A stretch of DNA of 64,000 nucleotides from NCBI GenBank assembly GCA_030295235.1, contig AP026162.1, forward strand, positions 1,612,001 through 1,676,000, written 5' to 3'. Shown here one piece after another: positions 36,926 through 47,760 of this stretch. This DNA comes from Fistulifera solaris. Its lineage: Eukaryota. Numbering within the stretch: the stretch's first letter is position 1; each line of letters starts with the position of its first letter. Made by a program: the position numbers and the translations under genes. A model generated the notes under the pieces. It was not told the DNA's origin and ran no database searches. It was given only the letters and a program-made list of their open reading frames with translations.

Positions 36926-38131
36926 TTACTTTCCTGCATGATTGTCACTATCTGATTCGTCATTCTCTTCATCAGACTCTTCCAGAACAGCCTCCCCAAC
37001 TTGGATTGACACCGCTCCTTCGCCTAGCTCTAGCTCTAAAAGGCGGCCAGAAGCAGATACTTCGTGCATTCGATCCATAGTTGCACCGTACAAAATGCTG
37101 ACCCGGCGTCCGCAAATTACGGTTTCTTCTTCTCCGGCTGGATCTTCCGTCGAGGCCGTTAAAGCAACCTTTTGGAGTAACAAAGTCGCGTCGAAACTAC
37201 CATTCCATGAAAAGCTGGGGCTTTTTCCCTCTGCAAAAGGCACCTTGAGTTGTTGAATGATGTCTTCGTCCAATGGCTCAGCATCCAGAGGACAGTGATT
37301 CAGCCAAATGTTCACTAAAAGCGTGTATCTCTTTTTGTTTGCAGGTTCTGATTTTACTTTCTTGGTGGGAGGTTCTTCCAGCTCAGAAGAGTGGTGTCCT
37401 TGCATTGCGGGAAAGAATGTAGCCGGTGCCCCATGCAATAGTCGGCCGTCAAAGGCAATATGCTTTCCAACGGAAGGTTGTGATAACCAGGCTGTGCGGA
37501 TCTCTCCTCCGAGACTATCAATGTCCTTGGGTGGAGGGGACTTCTTATTGAATACAACTGTCGGAGCTCCAAAGTCACTCAAGTACGTAACAGTTGCTAG
37601 GCGAGGGTGTACCAATAAATTGGGAGCTTGTTCTTCCAAGCCGTAATCTGCGTCAAAATGCATTCCGACCTCGTCTCCTTGCTCGTCGTCATCCTCGTCC
37701 TCGTTGTCGTCGTTTTTCTCATTTTCTTCGCTTTCGTCCATTACGAGTGTCCACCATTCAGCCCCCGATTGTTCGGGAAGATACAGCGTCTTGTCTGTGA
37801 CATGTCGATGAAAAAGCTCAAGAACGAAAGCTTCGATGGCGCACCGGGGCTTCATCACGCTTGGCATGAAGTAAGTAACGCCCGCACTGTACGAAACGTT
37901 TTCTTCCTTGTCTCTCGCCGTAAATACTGTTTCGCAGTCGTGCCGCCAGTCGTCGATATTCGAAAAGTTCAATGCATGTTCAAAAGCCAGAAAAGGCTGA
38001 CGAGGGATCGGTTCGTCATCCTCAATCCAATGGCTACCGTCGGGTTTCCGTAATGCAGGGAAACCGTCTCGTATCACAAAGTCCTTATTGCTATTGTTGT
38101 TGGCTTCGTCTGCAGGGACTGATTCGCTCAT
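36926..38131 (-). CDS. Putative 2OG-Fe(II) oxygenase-like hypothetical protein
   Basis: HFD...VTYL...GAPT...FDGRLLHG...R.TLLVNIW pattern consistent with an HxD...H double-stranded beta-helix fold. Confidence 0.6.
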   Translation of the reverse strand: MSESVPADEANNNSNKDFVIRDGFPALRKPDGSHWIEDDEPIPRQPFLAFEHALNFSNIDDWRHDCETVFTARDKEENVSYSAGVTYFMPSVMKPRCAIEAFVLELFHRHVTDKTLYLPEQSGAEWWTLVMDESEENEKNDDNEDEDDDEQGDEVGMHFDADYGLEEQAPNLLVHPRLATVTYLSDFGAPTVVFNKKSPPPKDIDSLGGEIRTAWLSQPSVGKHIAFDGRLLHGAPATFFPAMQGHHSSELEEPPTKKVKSEPANKKRYTLLVNIWLNHCPLDAEPLDEDIIQQLKVPFAEGKSPSFSWNGSFDATLLLQKVALTASTEDPAGEEETVICGRRVSILYGATMDRMHEVSASGRLLELELGEGAVSIQVGEAVLEESDEENDESDSDNHAGK

Positions 38132-38760
38132 GTTTGTTATGTGTAATTTATGATGATAATGGCTTTTGAAATAGCGATGTACTTGTAAATGAAGGTTATA
38201 TGTTATATGTTATGATCGATGATTTTCATTTATTTTTTTTTTTTTTTTTGATCGGCGTGGATTGGAGGGAAGTAAGTTGCACCTCGGACGAGCGAAGGAC
38301 GAGCGTCCCAGCTAGGGACAAAGAAGTCGTCAATGATCATCCAGCTATCATTGTCTGCTGCCACTGCCTAATATCGTGAACATCGTGCTGTGGTTTAATC
38401 TATGTTTCATGGCAATCAAGTAATTTACAAGCCTTGAATTCTCTATTCTCGAATAATTCGAGACAAACAATGCAGCCAGCTCTTTTCAAATATTAACACA
38501 TACGGATGGCTTGGAGAAAAAGAACATTAGTATAGCGCGTTTCGTTTCTGCAACATCTCCTAAAGGTCTAGTTGGCATAAAGTACCGTCCAACCAAAAAT
38601 GCTTCCATTGCAGTGATGACTAACCTGAATATTCATTCAACTAGGAACGTGATCTTGTCTCTTATCAGGATATATTGCGATCAGAGGTGAACATTGAACT
38701 GGGTGCCTGCGGATGTCCCACTACCTATCCCAGTCCGAGTCCAGTTTGTTGTTGCATTAC

Positions 38761-41200
38761 CTAAACACGGATTGGAGCAGCTGCTGTTGCAGTATTCCGC
38801 AAACAATCCTGCACACGAAGCCCTAATTCCTCATCTTCGCTCTCTACGGATACTTGCGCATTCATTTCGTCTACAAAGTCGACCTTGACGATGCAGAGAA
38901 TATCCTCGCCATCACCTTGTATCTCATAAGTTGCTTTCGTTCCTTCGAGTGTAGCCTCTACGTTGCTATATTGTTCTTTCAGGATAGAATGGAATAGTCT
39001 CAGTCGGCTTTCGATCAAGTTTTCTTCGGATGAAATCTCTTCGGATTTCACCTTCTTCTCATTCGGTTCATCGGAGTTGTTCTCTCTTGGATGACGACAC
39101 GGTTTACTTGTCAAGCGAATTGAAGCTGAACTACTTTGTGCATGAAGCAAGAGCGCAACAACGGAGTCAGCAATGACATCACCAGCAGGGCTTGCCTCCC
39201 ACTCAACAATCGCTACACCAGCGCTTTGCCCAATTGTTACGGAAACCTGAAAGAAGCAACGAGAACGAATCAGAATAGCGAACATCTTAGCTTTCAAGAA
39301 AGGGCTCAATATATTTACCTTTCCACCTTGCAACTCGAAGTTTGTAATCGACCCTTCGATTCCCTCCGTCTCGTACTTCTTCACACCATGATACATTTCA
39401 TTCAAAAACAGTTCAAGCGTAGTCGCTGCACCACAAAAAGGGACGTGAAGTTTCGACGAAATCGAACCGAGACGCAGGGGCGTGTACGTAGCAAGGTCGT
39501 CGGGTGAAACAATTTTGGAACTGAAACTGTTGGTAACCATGATTCCCTCTACCTTTTCCCCTTCTTGCGGTTCGTCCTCTCGATTTGCAAGCGTACCCAT
39601 AACTTTAGCCGATCGCCGCCTGGCAAACTTCAACTTTACCTCTTGTAAATTTGGCGGCATTGTAATTGTCGGGCGCTTATTCTGTTAACAAAGCTGTCAG
39701 TGCGGTTCTGCGTTGGTGGAGATTCAATAACAGATTACGTACCTCAGGATATTGCTTGTACATATGGACTAACGCGCTCTTCAAACGTCCCATCTCATCC
39801 TTTTGTCCGTGGACTAAGATGATGTGCCGCGGCGCAACTTGCGTAATAAAACTTCGATTTTGAACGAAGTCTACATGTGCCGAGAAACTGACGTAGTCCA
39901 CCAAACAATTGAGTGGCTGCCGTCTTCCTTCAAGCGAGACAACTTCTTTGGGCTGTGCCATGATTTCTTTCGCCAAGGTATGCTCTACAGCATAACCCGC
40001 AATTAAGACGCCATTCTTTGGATCTGCCGCCCATCGGTCGAAGAGTTGTCTCGACACCCCACTCTGTAACATACCCGGCGAAGCAAACACTACGGACGGA
40101 CCCGAGTCGTCAAAATTGTGCACGTCAATCGATTTAAGATTTTGAATGAAACGAAAAGAAAACGGATTGCTGATGTCCATTTGAGCGCGGATTCTTGCAT
40201 TCATCATATTGGCGTAAGTCTGGTAGACACGGAGTGCTCGCGACGCTAATTTGCTAGCATAATAGATCGGAATCTTTTGTAAGTGAGGGTTTGCTTGCCA
40301 ATATTCATCTAAAATCAGCAACAGTTCCTAACAACACACAAATTTTAGTCAGCAATTGCAGAAAATACACGGTGTTCCAAATAGGGGCTCGCCGACGTAC
40401 CTGAGCGCGACCTAATGCAAATACAGGGATGAGACATCGCCCACCTCGCGTAACTACTCGTTCTACAGTTCCTGTAAAACGCGCTTCGCGTTCTGGACGA
40501 CTAGTGTGTGCCTGTACTCCATAAGTAGACTCGACGATGAGTAGATCTGGCTTTTGATCCGGAATTTCGGCTGCCATCAAATGTCGATCTTGTTCCATAC
40601 TGTAATCCCCCGTATACAAAACGCTGCGACCTCCCAGCTCCATCCAGAACATACAGGCTCCAAGTACATGACCGGCATTGAGTGCATGAAAGGAAAGACC
40701 CCCAACTGTGACAGTGGTATGATAATCAATCAATTCGATCTGATTAGGGTGATAAGTCAATGAGCGTCTGGGAAAGTAAGGAGAGGTTATAAGAAGGACG
40801 AGTAACTCACCTTGTTTATGCAAGATTGTAGTTCTGCTTCCGTGTATAGCACATCCTCCGCTTTAGCATTGTTCATCTGCAAGAGCCGCAAATAATCCCC
40901 CAACAACAATCGTAGCACCGATTTGGTCGGATGTGTCATGAAGATCCGTCCTTTAAAATTGGTTCTCTCCGTCAAATAAGGCAGTGAAGCGGCGTGATCT
41001 AGGTGGAAGTGTGTCACCAGCAAAACATCGATTTGATCCGGTTCGATGCGGTCCAAGAAAGGGAGCCCATTCATTCCGTCGTAGCCCGGATGTATTCCGA
41101 TATCCAACATGATCGTCATTCCGCGGAATTCAAGGACATGACAGGACCGGCCGACTTCCTGGCCTGCTCCCAGCGGCGTCAAGGACATTATGTCTTCCAT
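38761..41200 (-). CDS. CPSF3: Cleavage and polyadenylation specificity factor 73 kDa endonuclease, multi-exon
   Basis: [58 protein letters not shown] introns. Confidence 0.95.
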
Positions 41201-41589
41201 TTTTTACGGTTGTAAGTATAAAAGTGGACGATCGAATCAAGCGAAATGAACACTGTTTACCCGCACTATTGATTGCCATGCTTGTATTGCATTGCATGCT
41301 TTTCCAGGCTTTTCCCTTCACGTGTGGGGCGACGACCAGACGTCCGGACGAAAGTCAGACTGACATTTCGATCTCCGTTTCTATCATCATCCCTAATCTT
41401 GCCATCAAGCACCCCTTACACAACATCGGCAACTGAATCTTGCAGATTCGCAGACAGCGGCTCTTGTTGTCAAGCAGTAAGCTGTACACAGAAAAGGTAA
41501 GATGAAAGATCGCTCTTTCCGGTCCAAAGATTCGCCGTCCACATTGCCTTCTCGGAGCCTCACAACATTGCAACCATCCATTCGTCAAA

Positions 41590-42233
41590 ATGATCTACTC
41601 ACGTTTCTTCGCTTTCTTTGCACTCTTCGCCTTCGCTTCGGCTGGACGTTTCTTGGAAGAGGAAGCCGATCCGTGCCTCGATGGTACCGAAACCTTCCAG
41701 GAGTCCGTCGAGTATTCCAACGCGACCGACGCTCTCTATGCGGCGCTTGACGAATTTGAAGCCAATGCTACCGGAGTATGCGTTGTTGTGGATGGTCGCA
41801 CAGAGTGGTACGTTTGTTTGAATCCAATTTATGCTCTTGGCTTTCGTTTTCTTTTATTGCTTGATCTCACTTGGTCATCATGCTCTCCGTCCACAGCAAG
41901 GGAGCCCTCTCTGCCGATGTTTTGTCGACCTACGAAGAGAGCTGCGCTACAATGGGTGGAAACCTTATCACCGTCTCCAACATGCGCATCACATGTGACT
42001 TTCCCGACACGGGCAACATTTACACTGTGATCGAGACTTTCCATGACTGTGTGGCCAGTGTCTGCACGGAAGACTCGGAGAAGGATCTAAAGAAAGAATT
42101 GACCAGTGCTGTGGATGAACACAAGGAGGGTGATTTCACATACTGCTTTGTGGTTGAAGGTGAAAGTAGTGCGTTCTCAGCTTTCTCTGTTGGGGCTGTC
42201 TTCATGTCACTCGCTGCCTTGTTCGTCCTCTAA
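41590..42233 (+). CDS. Small secreted, probably GPI-anchored Cys-containing protein; intron 41808-41896
   Basis: Signal peptide followed by RFL; hydrophobic C-terminus after SSA; in-frame splice. Confidence 0.75.
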
Positions 42234-42379
42234 ATCATGGAGATAAGACTGGAACGGGAAACAAAAGCACATTCTATGTTAAATAATGTGAATCTTGCTT
42301 GACCTCCCGGGGTCTTTCTAAGTATAGCAGAAGAATTTATTTGTTTCGCTGTACTTGTACCAATCCATAGATTGGTGTT

Positions 42380-42570
42380 TGTGTTTCAACAGAAACTCTG
42401 TGTATGTTTCTGGACACTTTGCGTTTGATGACGATGCAGAAACTCTGTGAGCTACCCCTTCGTTTGAACAGACAGTAATTCTGTGTATTTTATAAAAAAA
42501 ATTTACATCGCGTTTTTTCATAAACCTTACAAAAACTCTGTATACGCTCCAGATATTAGGGATACCGGCA
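42380..42570 (+). repeat. Degenerate relic resembling subunits of the 360-bp satellite
   Basis: TTCAACAGAAACTCTGTGT vs satellite CTCAACAGAATTTCTGTGT; recurring AACTCTGT. Confidence 0.4.
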
Positions 42571-42732
42571 TGTTGAAAGAATGAACCATTCATTTCGTCG
42601 CCGTCGCACCAGCGCACAAGCGACGAAGAATGCAAATGGGACGAGAAGTCGTGTAACATAAAAGGCCGTCCCTCTCTTCTAGTAATAAAAAGTGAGGAAA
42701 GAATAATATCTTAGAAAGCACATTCTATCGCT

Positions 42733-43941
42733 ATGACGACCGCGCAAAGCTTCTTGACGAAAGGTCTACCGTTACTCTTTCGTGACCACCCGCACGCGAC
42801 CGTCGGGACATGGTTGCTAGCGACCGGTGGTGCTGTCGTGGGAATGATTCATGTGGGCGGTGTGACGCGGTTGACGCAGTCCGGCTTGAGTATGACCGAC
42901 TGGAGTCCATTGGGTTCTTTGCCGCCCATTGGAAAGGACGAATGGGAGGCCGAATTTGCTCGCTACAAACAATTTCCCGAATGGCAGCAACGCAAAAGCA
43001 TGACTATGGAGGAATTTCAGTATATTTATTATTGGGAATACGGACATCGTATGCTGGGTCGATGTGTGGGTGTACTGTTTTGTGGGCCTTGGTTGTATTT
43101 TTCGTTACGAGGGAAGATTCCTGCAGGATATCAAGGTCGCATGGCACTCTTGGCGACTATGGGAGGTACACAAGGCTTGGTAGGATGGTGGATGGTTAAG
43201 AGCGGTTTAGGAGACGATCGTAGAGGAGACAGGAATCAAATTCGTGTGAAACCAGTTCGGTTGGCAACCCATTTGAGTATGGCGGTGGCGACGTATGGGG
43301 CTCTGTTGTGGACAGGATTTTCCGTTCTCAGTTTGCCTCACAACAAAACACTTCAATCGCTCGACTTGGCGTCCAAAATTCCCCAAGCGCTTCGGCATTC
43401 ATTCAAACTTCGTACAGCTGCTTTGGCAATGACCGGACTTACGGCTGTAACGATAGTCAGTGGAGCATTGGTGGCTGGGAGTGATGCCGGCCGAGCGTAC
43501 AATACCTTTCCCATGATGGATGGACACTGGATACCTCCAGAAATCTGGGAGCGAGTTCCTTGGCATCGGAATCTAGTTGAAAATACCGCTACTGTGCAAT
43601 GGAATCATCGTATCTTGGGTACAACGACCGCATTGACGGCGGCGAGCATTGTACTCGTCGGCTTATCTCCCTCTCGGGCGGCGCTGGTGACCCCGCAAGT
43701 ACGGAAGGGATTGTATGCTTTGGGTCTCGCGACCGGCACGCAATTTTCGTTGGGTGTCGCTACACTGCTTCATTATGTTCCCTTGTCGTTGGCGGCAGCG
43801 CATCAGCTGGGTAGTATTGCGGTCTTTACGAGCGGAGTTTACTTGGTGCATGCACTACGATATGCTCGACCAGCCTTGTTGCGAAGTACGGGTCGCGTGT
43901 TACCTCCGCCGCCATCGGCCTTGAAACAAGCCGCGCACTAG
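42733..43941 (+). CDS. COX15: Heme A synthase
   Basis: GGVTRLTQSGLSMTDW, EYGHR, QGLVGWWMVKSG, RLATHL, QWNHR, AHQ. Confidence 0.95.
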   Translation: MTTAQSFLTKGLPLLFRDHPHATVGTWLLATGGAVVGMIHVGGVTRLTQSGLSMTDWSPLGSLPPIGKDEWEAEFARYKQFPEWQQRKSMTMEEFQYIYYWEYGHRMLGRCVGVLFCGPWLYFSLRGKIPAGYQGRMALLATMGGTQGLVGWWMVKSGLGDDRRGDRNQIRVKPVRLATHLSMAVATYGALLWTGFSVLSLPHNKTLQSLDLASKIPQALRHSFKLRTAALAMTGLTAVTIVSGALVAGSDAGRAYNTFPMMDGHWIPPEIWERVPWHRNLVENTATVQWNHRILGTTTALTAASIVLVGLSPSRAALVTPQVRKGLYALGLATGTQFSLGVATLLHYVPLSLAAAHQLGSIAVFTSGVYLVHALRYARPALLRSTGRVLPPPPSALKQAAH

Positions 43942-43978
43942 AGAAAGAATAAAATAAATAAACAATTCGTAACTATAT

Positions 43979-44839
43979 TCAAATATTCAACAAGACGCTG
44001 CAACATGTCAGCGCCGCATCTTTCTTGGCCAGTTCCGAAGTGTTTACCCATATCAAGTCTTGTATATCCCGTTCACGTGCCGCTTGTTCCAAAATGCGCC
44101 TCGATTCCATACAAGATGTATCTTGTACTAGAACGGATCCATTGACGGCTACTACATTGCACGCAAGAACATCCGGAACACGAACGACGGAGTATTCATA
44201 CGCAGCGAAACTTTCCCAAACAGCATCACCGGCGGGACCGGTCGGAACGACCAATGTATCCGGAGAAAAGAGAGTCACGGCTGATTTAAGATGCAATACT
44301 TGGTTCCCCGCCATAGTAGGTGGTATGACAATAGATGGTATGGCAGGAAAGGCTTGTTGCAACAATTGGGCACCGCGTTGATTCGTGCGATTCGACAAAC
44401 CAATGAACAAATGACGTCCCGTATACAGAACATCCCCACCATCGCAATAGGCATCAGGAGTGTGCCGCAAATCTACCACAACTTCCATTCCCAACTGTTG
44501 CAGTGCCTGGTGCACCGACTCGACTTCTCCGCGCCGTGAGGGGTGTCCCGGCTGCAACAAGGCGACTTGTCGATCGATCGCCACGACGGTATCTTCGACA
44601 AAAAGCGAATCAGGATACTCTGGTAATTCCGGTAGTTGCAGTACAGGAAGAAGAGATCGTAGCGCTTGTATGTAGGATTCGTGTTGTTGTGTTGCGAGTG
44701 TCATGTTCAACAACGCAGAAGGATCGTCCGACTGATGTTCGGAAATGCCTTGTGGAAAAGTAGAAGGCAAGGCTCGAGCGAGAGCCATCGTATAAAAGCG
44801 CCTTTGTGAAAACGTCAGCCGTGTGGAGCGAGTGAGCAT
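43979..44839 (-). CDS. DDAH: Dimethylarginine dimethylaminohydrolase / amidinotransferase family
   Basis: PDSLFVED, RRGE, DGGDVL, HLKS, LTCCS. Confidence 0.85.
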   Translation of the reverse strand: MLTRSTRLTFSQRRFYTMALARALPSTFPQGISEHQSDDPSALLNMTLATQQHESYIQALRSLLPVLQLPELPEYPDSLFVEDTVVAIDRQVALLQPGHPSRRGEVESVHQALQQLGMEVVVDLRHTPDAYCDGGDVLYTGRHLFIGLSNRTNQRGAQLLQQAFPAIPSIVIPPTMAGNQVLHLKSAVTLFSPDTLVVPTGPAGDAVWESFAAYEYSVVRVPDVLACNVVAVNGSVLVQDTSCMESRRILEQAARERDIQDLIWVNTSELAKKDAALTCCSVLLNI

Positions 44840-44938
44840 ATTAGCGCGGATATAAATGGTTCGATGTGTTGATTGCCTTCTATTGCATCCCAACTGCGAT
44901 GCGTTCTTTCTTGGGCGGCATTTCTTTTGCGAAAAGGA

Positions 44939-45222
44939 AATATCCGGGTATCCCTGCAGAGATAAATTTCCTACGACGGCTACGTGAAATACGCGTAGAC
45001 ATTCAAAGCGTTGTAATATTTTACTATAACATGTTTCACGGTCCAATCAAGGTAGCATATTGCTTTATTGCACGCATAAGCGATGTTGGGCAAAGTCTTG
45101 TTGTCATTGGTATCCGAAAGACGCGAGAAATGGTGTGATCGAAATTGAGTAATATCCGGGTATCCCCTCTGTCGATAAATTTCCCTACGAGAGCTACCTG
45201 AAAATCACGTAGACATTCGACA
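44939..45222 (+). repeat. Module B, about 1.3 tandem units (212-bp period)
   Basis: AATATCCGGGTATCCC...GATAAATTTCC..CTAC...CGTAGACATTC at 44939 and 45151; homologous to 20581 and 23201. Confidence 0.8.
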
Positions 45223-45410
45223 GCATCATCTTTCGGAAATCCCAAAAAGCAGCCAAAAGGGCTGCATCTTTCTTTTCTTCGTTTTTGATGCCATTTACGT
45301 AGTATTCAGACCCTCTTTTCAATGAGAAGCGAGTAAACACAATGAACAAGCAATAAGACGACTAAATTTGTAATAAGTGTAGCTAGCAATCAATTAATAG
45401 TATTCAAAGA

Positions 45411-45986
45411 ATGACACCCGACGAACGCGCTGTCCTCTTACAACATACCAAAACCATGATGGAACTGGAACGGTCTCTCACGGCCACGTTGGAAAAAGTA
45501 GAACCATGGCTTCCCCAAAACTCAAACCGACAACTACCCAATCAGCCGCGGGTGCGACCCATTCCCACGTCCATGGAAGAAGTCGAACGCATTCTCGCCG
45601 TCGCCCGTGCTTGGGCGACACGGACATCAGCGCCTGTGGGATGGAATCCAGCTGCACCGGTCGTGGGATTTCGGACACCCAATCCGTTGCCGCACCAACT
45701 GCGGGGAGGGGCCCTAGCGGCCTTGCAACTGGAACGGGCGCGACAGACGGAGCGGTTGCGGAAACGCAAGGCCGAGGCAGTGGAGGCCCCCGTAGAGAAA
45801 ATGGAAGACGAAGAGGAAGAGAGAGATCCGAAACGAAAAGAAATTAATCAGTCGAAAAGAGATGTTTCTGTGCGTCCGCTGCAACAGCCTGCCAGAGCTC
45901 CCAGTGGAGCAGTGCCAAATCAAAAGCAGAAATTGGAGGTATCCATGAATTTGAGTGATAGCAGTAGTGATGATGAGGACGATTAG
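45411..45986 (+). CDS. MED4: Mediator subunit 4-like protein (compact)
   Basis: ILAVAR...TSAPVGWNP...PNP...LRGGAL resembles the MED4 conserved C-terminal motif; acidic SSSDDED tail. Confidence 0.6.
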   Translation: MTPDERAVLLQHTKTMMELERSLTATLEKVEPWLPQNSNRQLPNQPRVRPIPTSMEEVERILAVARAWATRTSAPVGWNPAAPVVGFRTPNPLPHQLRGGALAALQLERARQTERLRKRKAEAVEAPVEKMEDEEEERDPKRKEINQSKRDVSVRPLQQPARAPSGAVPNQKQKLEVSMNLSDSSSDDEDD

Positions 45987-46431
45987 GGAGCAATGCAAAG
46001 AAAGATGCTAAGATAATATTTAACTTTCAATGCTCTTTCAAACTATTACGACACAAGAAAATTGCATCACATTATTATACTTGAGCAAGGGGGTGGTGAT
46101 GTCCTAAACATTTCAGTTTCAAGAAGAGGCTGTAAGAGCAACAAGTTTTTCGCTCCATGCCGTCATCAGCAAGACGAGCAGAATTAAGGACTATAAATGA
46201 ACCAAATCGTAGCTTTCACACTTTCTATTATCTGAAAAACAGGGATTCGAAAGAGTGGTTGCTCGTTTTCGCGGCTTATTGGGTTGCTATGAACCGATTC
46301 TCCGTGCGACCGGGAAATGTCTGCATTGGTTCAAATAAGATCGATTAGTCGAGTGTCGGTGCCGTATAGTTTGCTGCCGAAAATGCAGAACACTTCCATC
46401 CGCCGCAATGCAGAATCACATGTGATACGTA

Positions 46432-47363
46432 TCATGAGGGTGACTCTTTGTGAGTCCCATCATTCACACTCGATAGCGACAAATTCTTCAAATTGATCGC
46501 CTCATCTGAACCCGATCCGACTACTTCCATTAATGCTTCTTTCGTGGTCGCTTCCTGTTGCTGGATGAGCTGCATGATACGAGCATCTTGTGCTAGCCGT
46601 ATGGCTCTTTCTTCTTCTAAAAGAGCCCGAAGTTTCCCAATTTTTTCTAAAATGATTTCGCCCTTTGCTGGTCCAAGTCTTCCATTGTAGCTATTTGATG
46701 GGAGGTACGAGCAATTGCAGCTTGTAAAGTGATCCGCTCTTCCAGCAATCGTCGCGCCATGCTTCCAACCAGTTCTTCGAATCGATGGAATAAACTCGCC
46801 TCTCTCTTGTTCACTTTGTATAACTCTAACTTAGCATCAGGCTGGATCTGATATTGCAGCTTGGCTAGCAGGTCCTCCAATTTTTCGTCCAGCGCATCTT
46901 TTATCTCCACGTGGACACTTTGTGTCATCTTGGTGTCTAAAGCAGCCAATCGGCCTTCCAGTCGGATCCACGAGGATGTAGCCGAAAGACAGTCATTATC
47001 AGAACCTAGTTGCAGATCGGCTATAACAGCTTGTAAAGGCTGGTATAGATCGTTTGTCAATACGTCTTGCAGCGCATTCTGTCGATCCATGCTTTCTTCC
47101 GCCATACGTGCGAATAGTCCTGCCACGCGCAGCTCCAGTTCATAAATGTTCGACTGAAAATCTTCTTTACGACGCAGTGAGATCTCTTGTAGATTGTAGA
47201 GCTTTTGTGGAACGTGTTTCTCTTCGCTCAAAAAGACGAAACCAGGGCTTTTCGGTGGGGGTGTCGACAAAGTTATGTTTTCTCGTTCGTACGCGACGAT
47301 TTCATTCGTGCTCTGCGTTGCAAACGCGTCTGTCGACTCGGGTATTATATCTTGAGACGCCAT
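46432..47363 (-). CDS. Coiled-coil protein, SF-assemblin/beta-giardin-like; frameshift near 46649
   Basis: Short Pro-containing head plus helical rod; restored C-terminus LEEERAIRLAQDARIMQLIQQQ. Confidence 0.55.
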
Positions 47364-47497
47364 GGTAAAAAAAGAGAATAATCGAATGAATGGCTAACTT
47401 CAAATTGATTTGGACGGTACCTTGTACGGAGTATAATAACATGTTTGTGTTTTTGCTCATTGCGCGATGACGAGCGACCAAAATTATTTTTAACGCT

Positions 47498-47520
47498 TCA
47501 TGACTGAAATTCAATCGTGG
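47498..47520 (+). repeat. Short solo module A motif in a divergent intergenic region
   Basis: TCATGACTGAAATTCAATCGTGG. Confidence 0.55.
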
Positions 47521-47760
47521 TTACTGACGTAAGAAGTAAGAAGGCCATCCTCGTTTTTCAACGGAATAATATTTTCCGTTGTATTTTCGATCAACGGAAG
47601 ATTTCGGAACCCGAAGCACCTTTTGCTGGATCGCGCAAGCTCGAGCATCGTGACAACACGCGAGGAGTTAGTCACACAAAGCAAGGAGTCACAAATCCAT
47701 TGTTGTCAAACGAATCTCTTTCTTTTATAGCATACAGCTTACAAAGTAGACTTTACGACA

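Noticed and set aside
38231..38249. Poly-T run as a retroposon tail
   Set aside because: No adjacent element body or TSD is recognisable.
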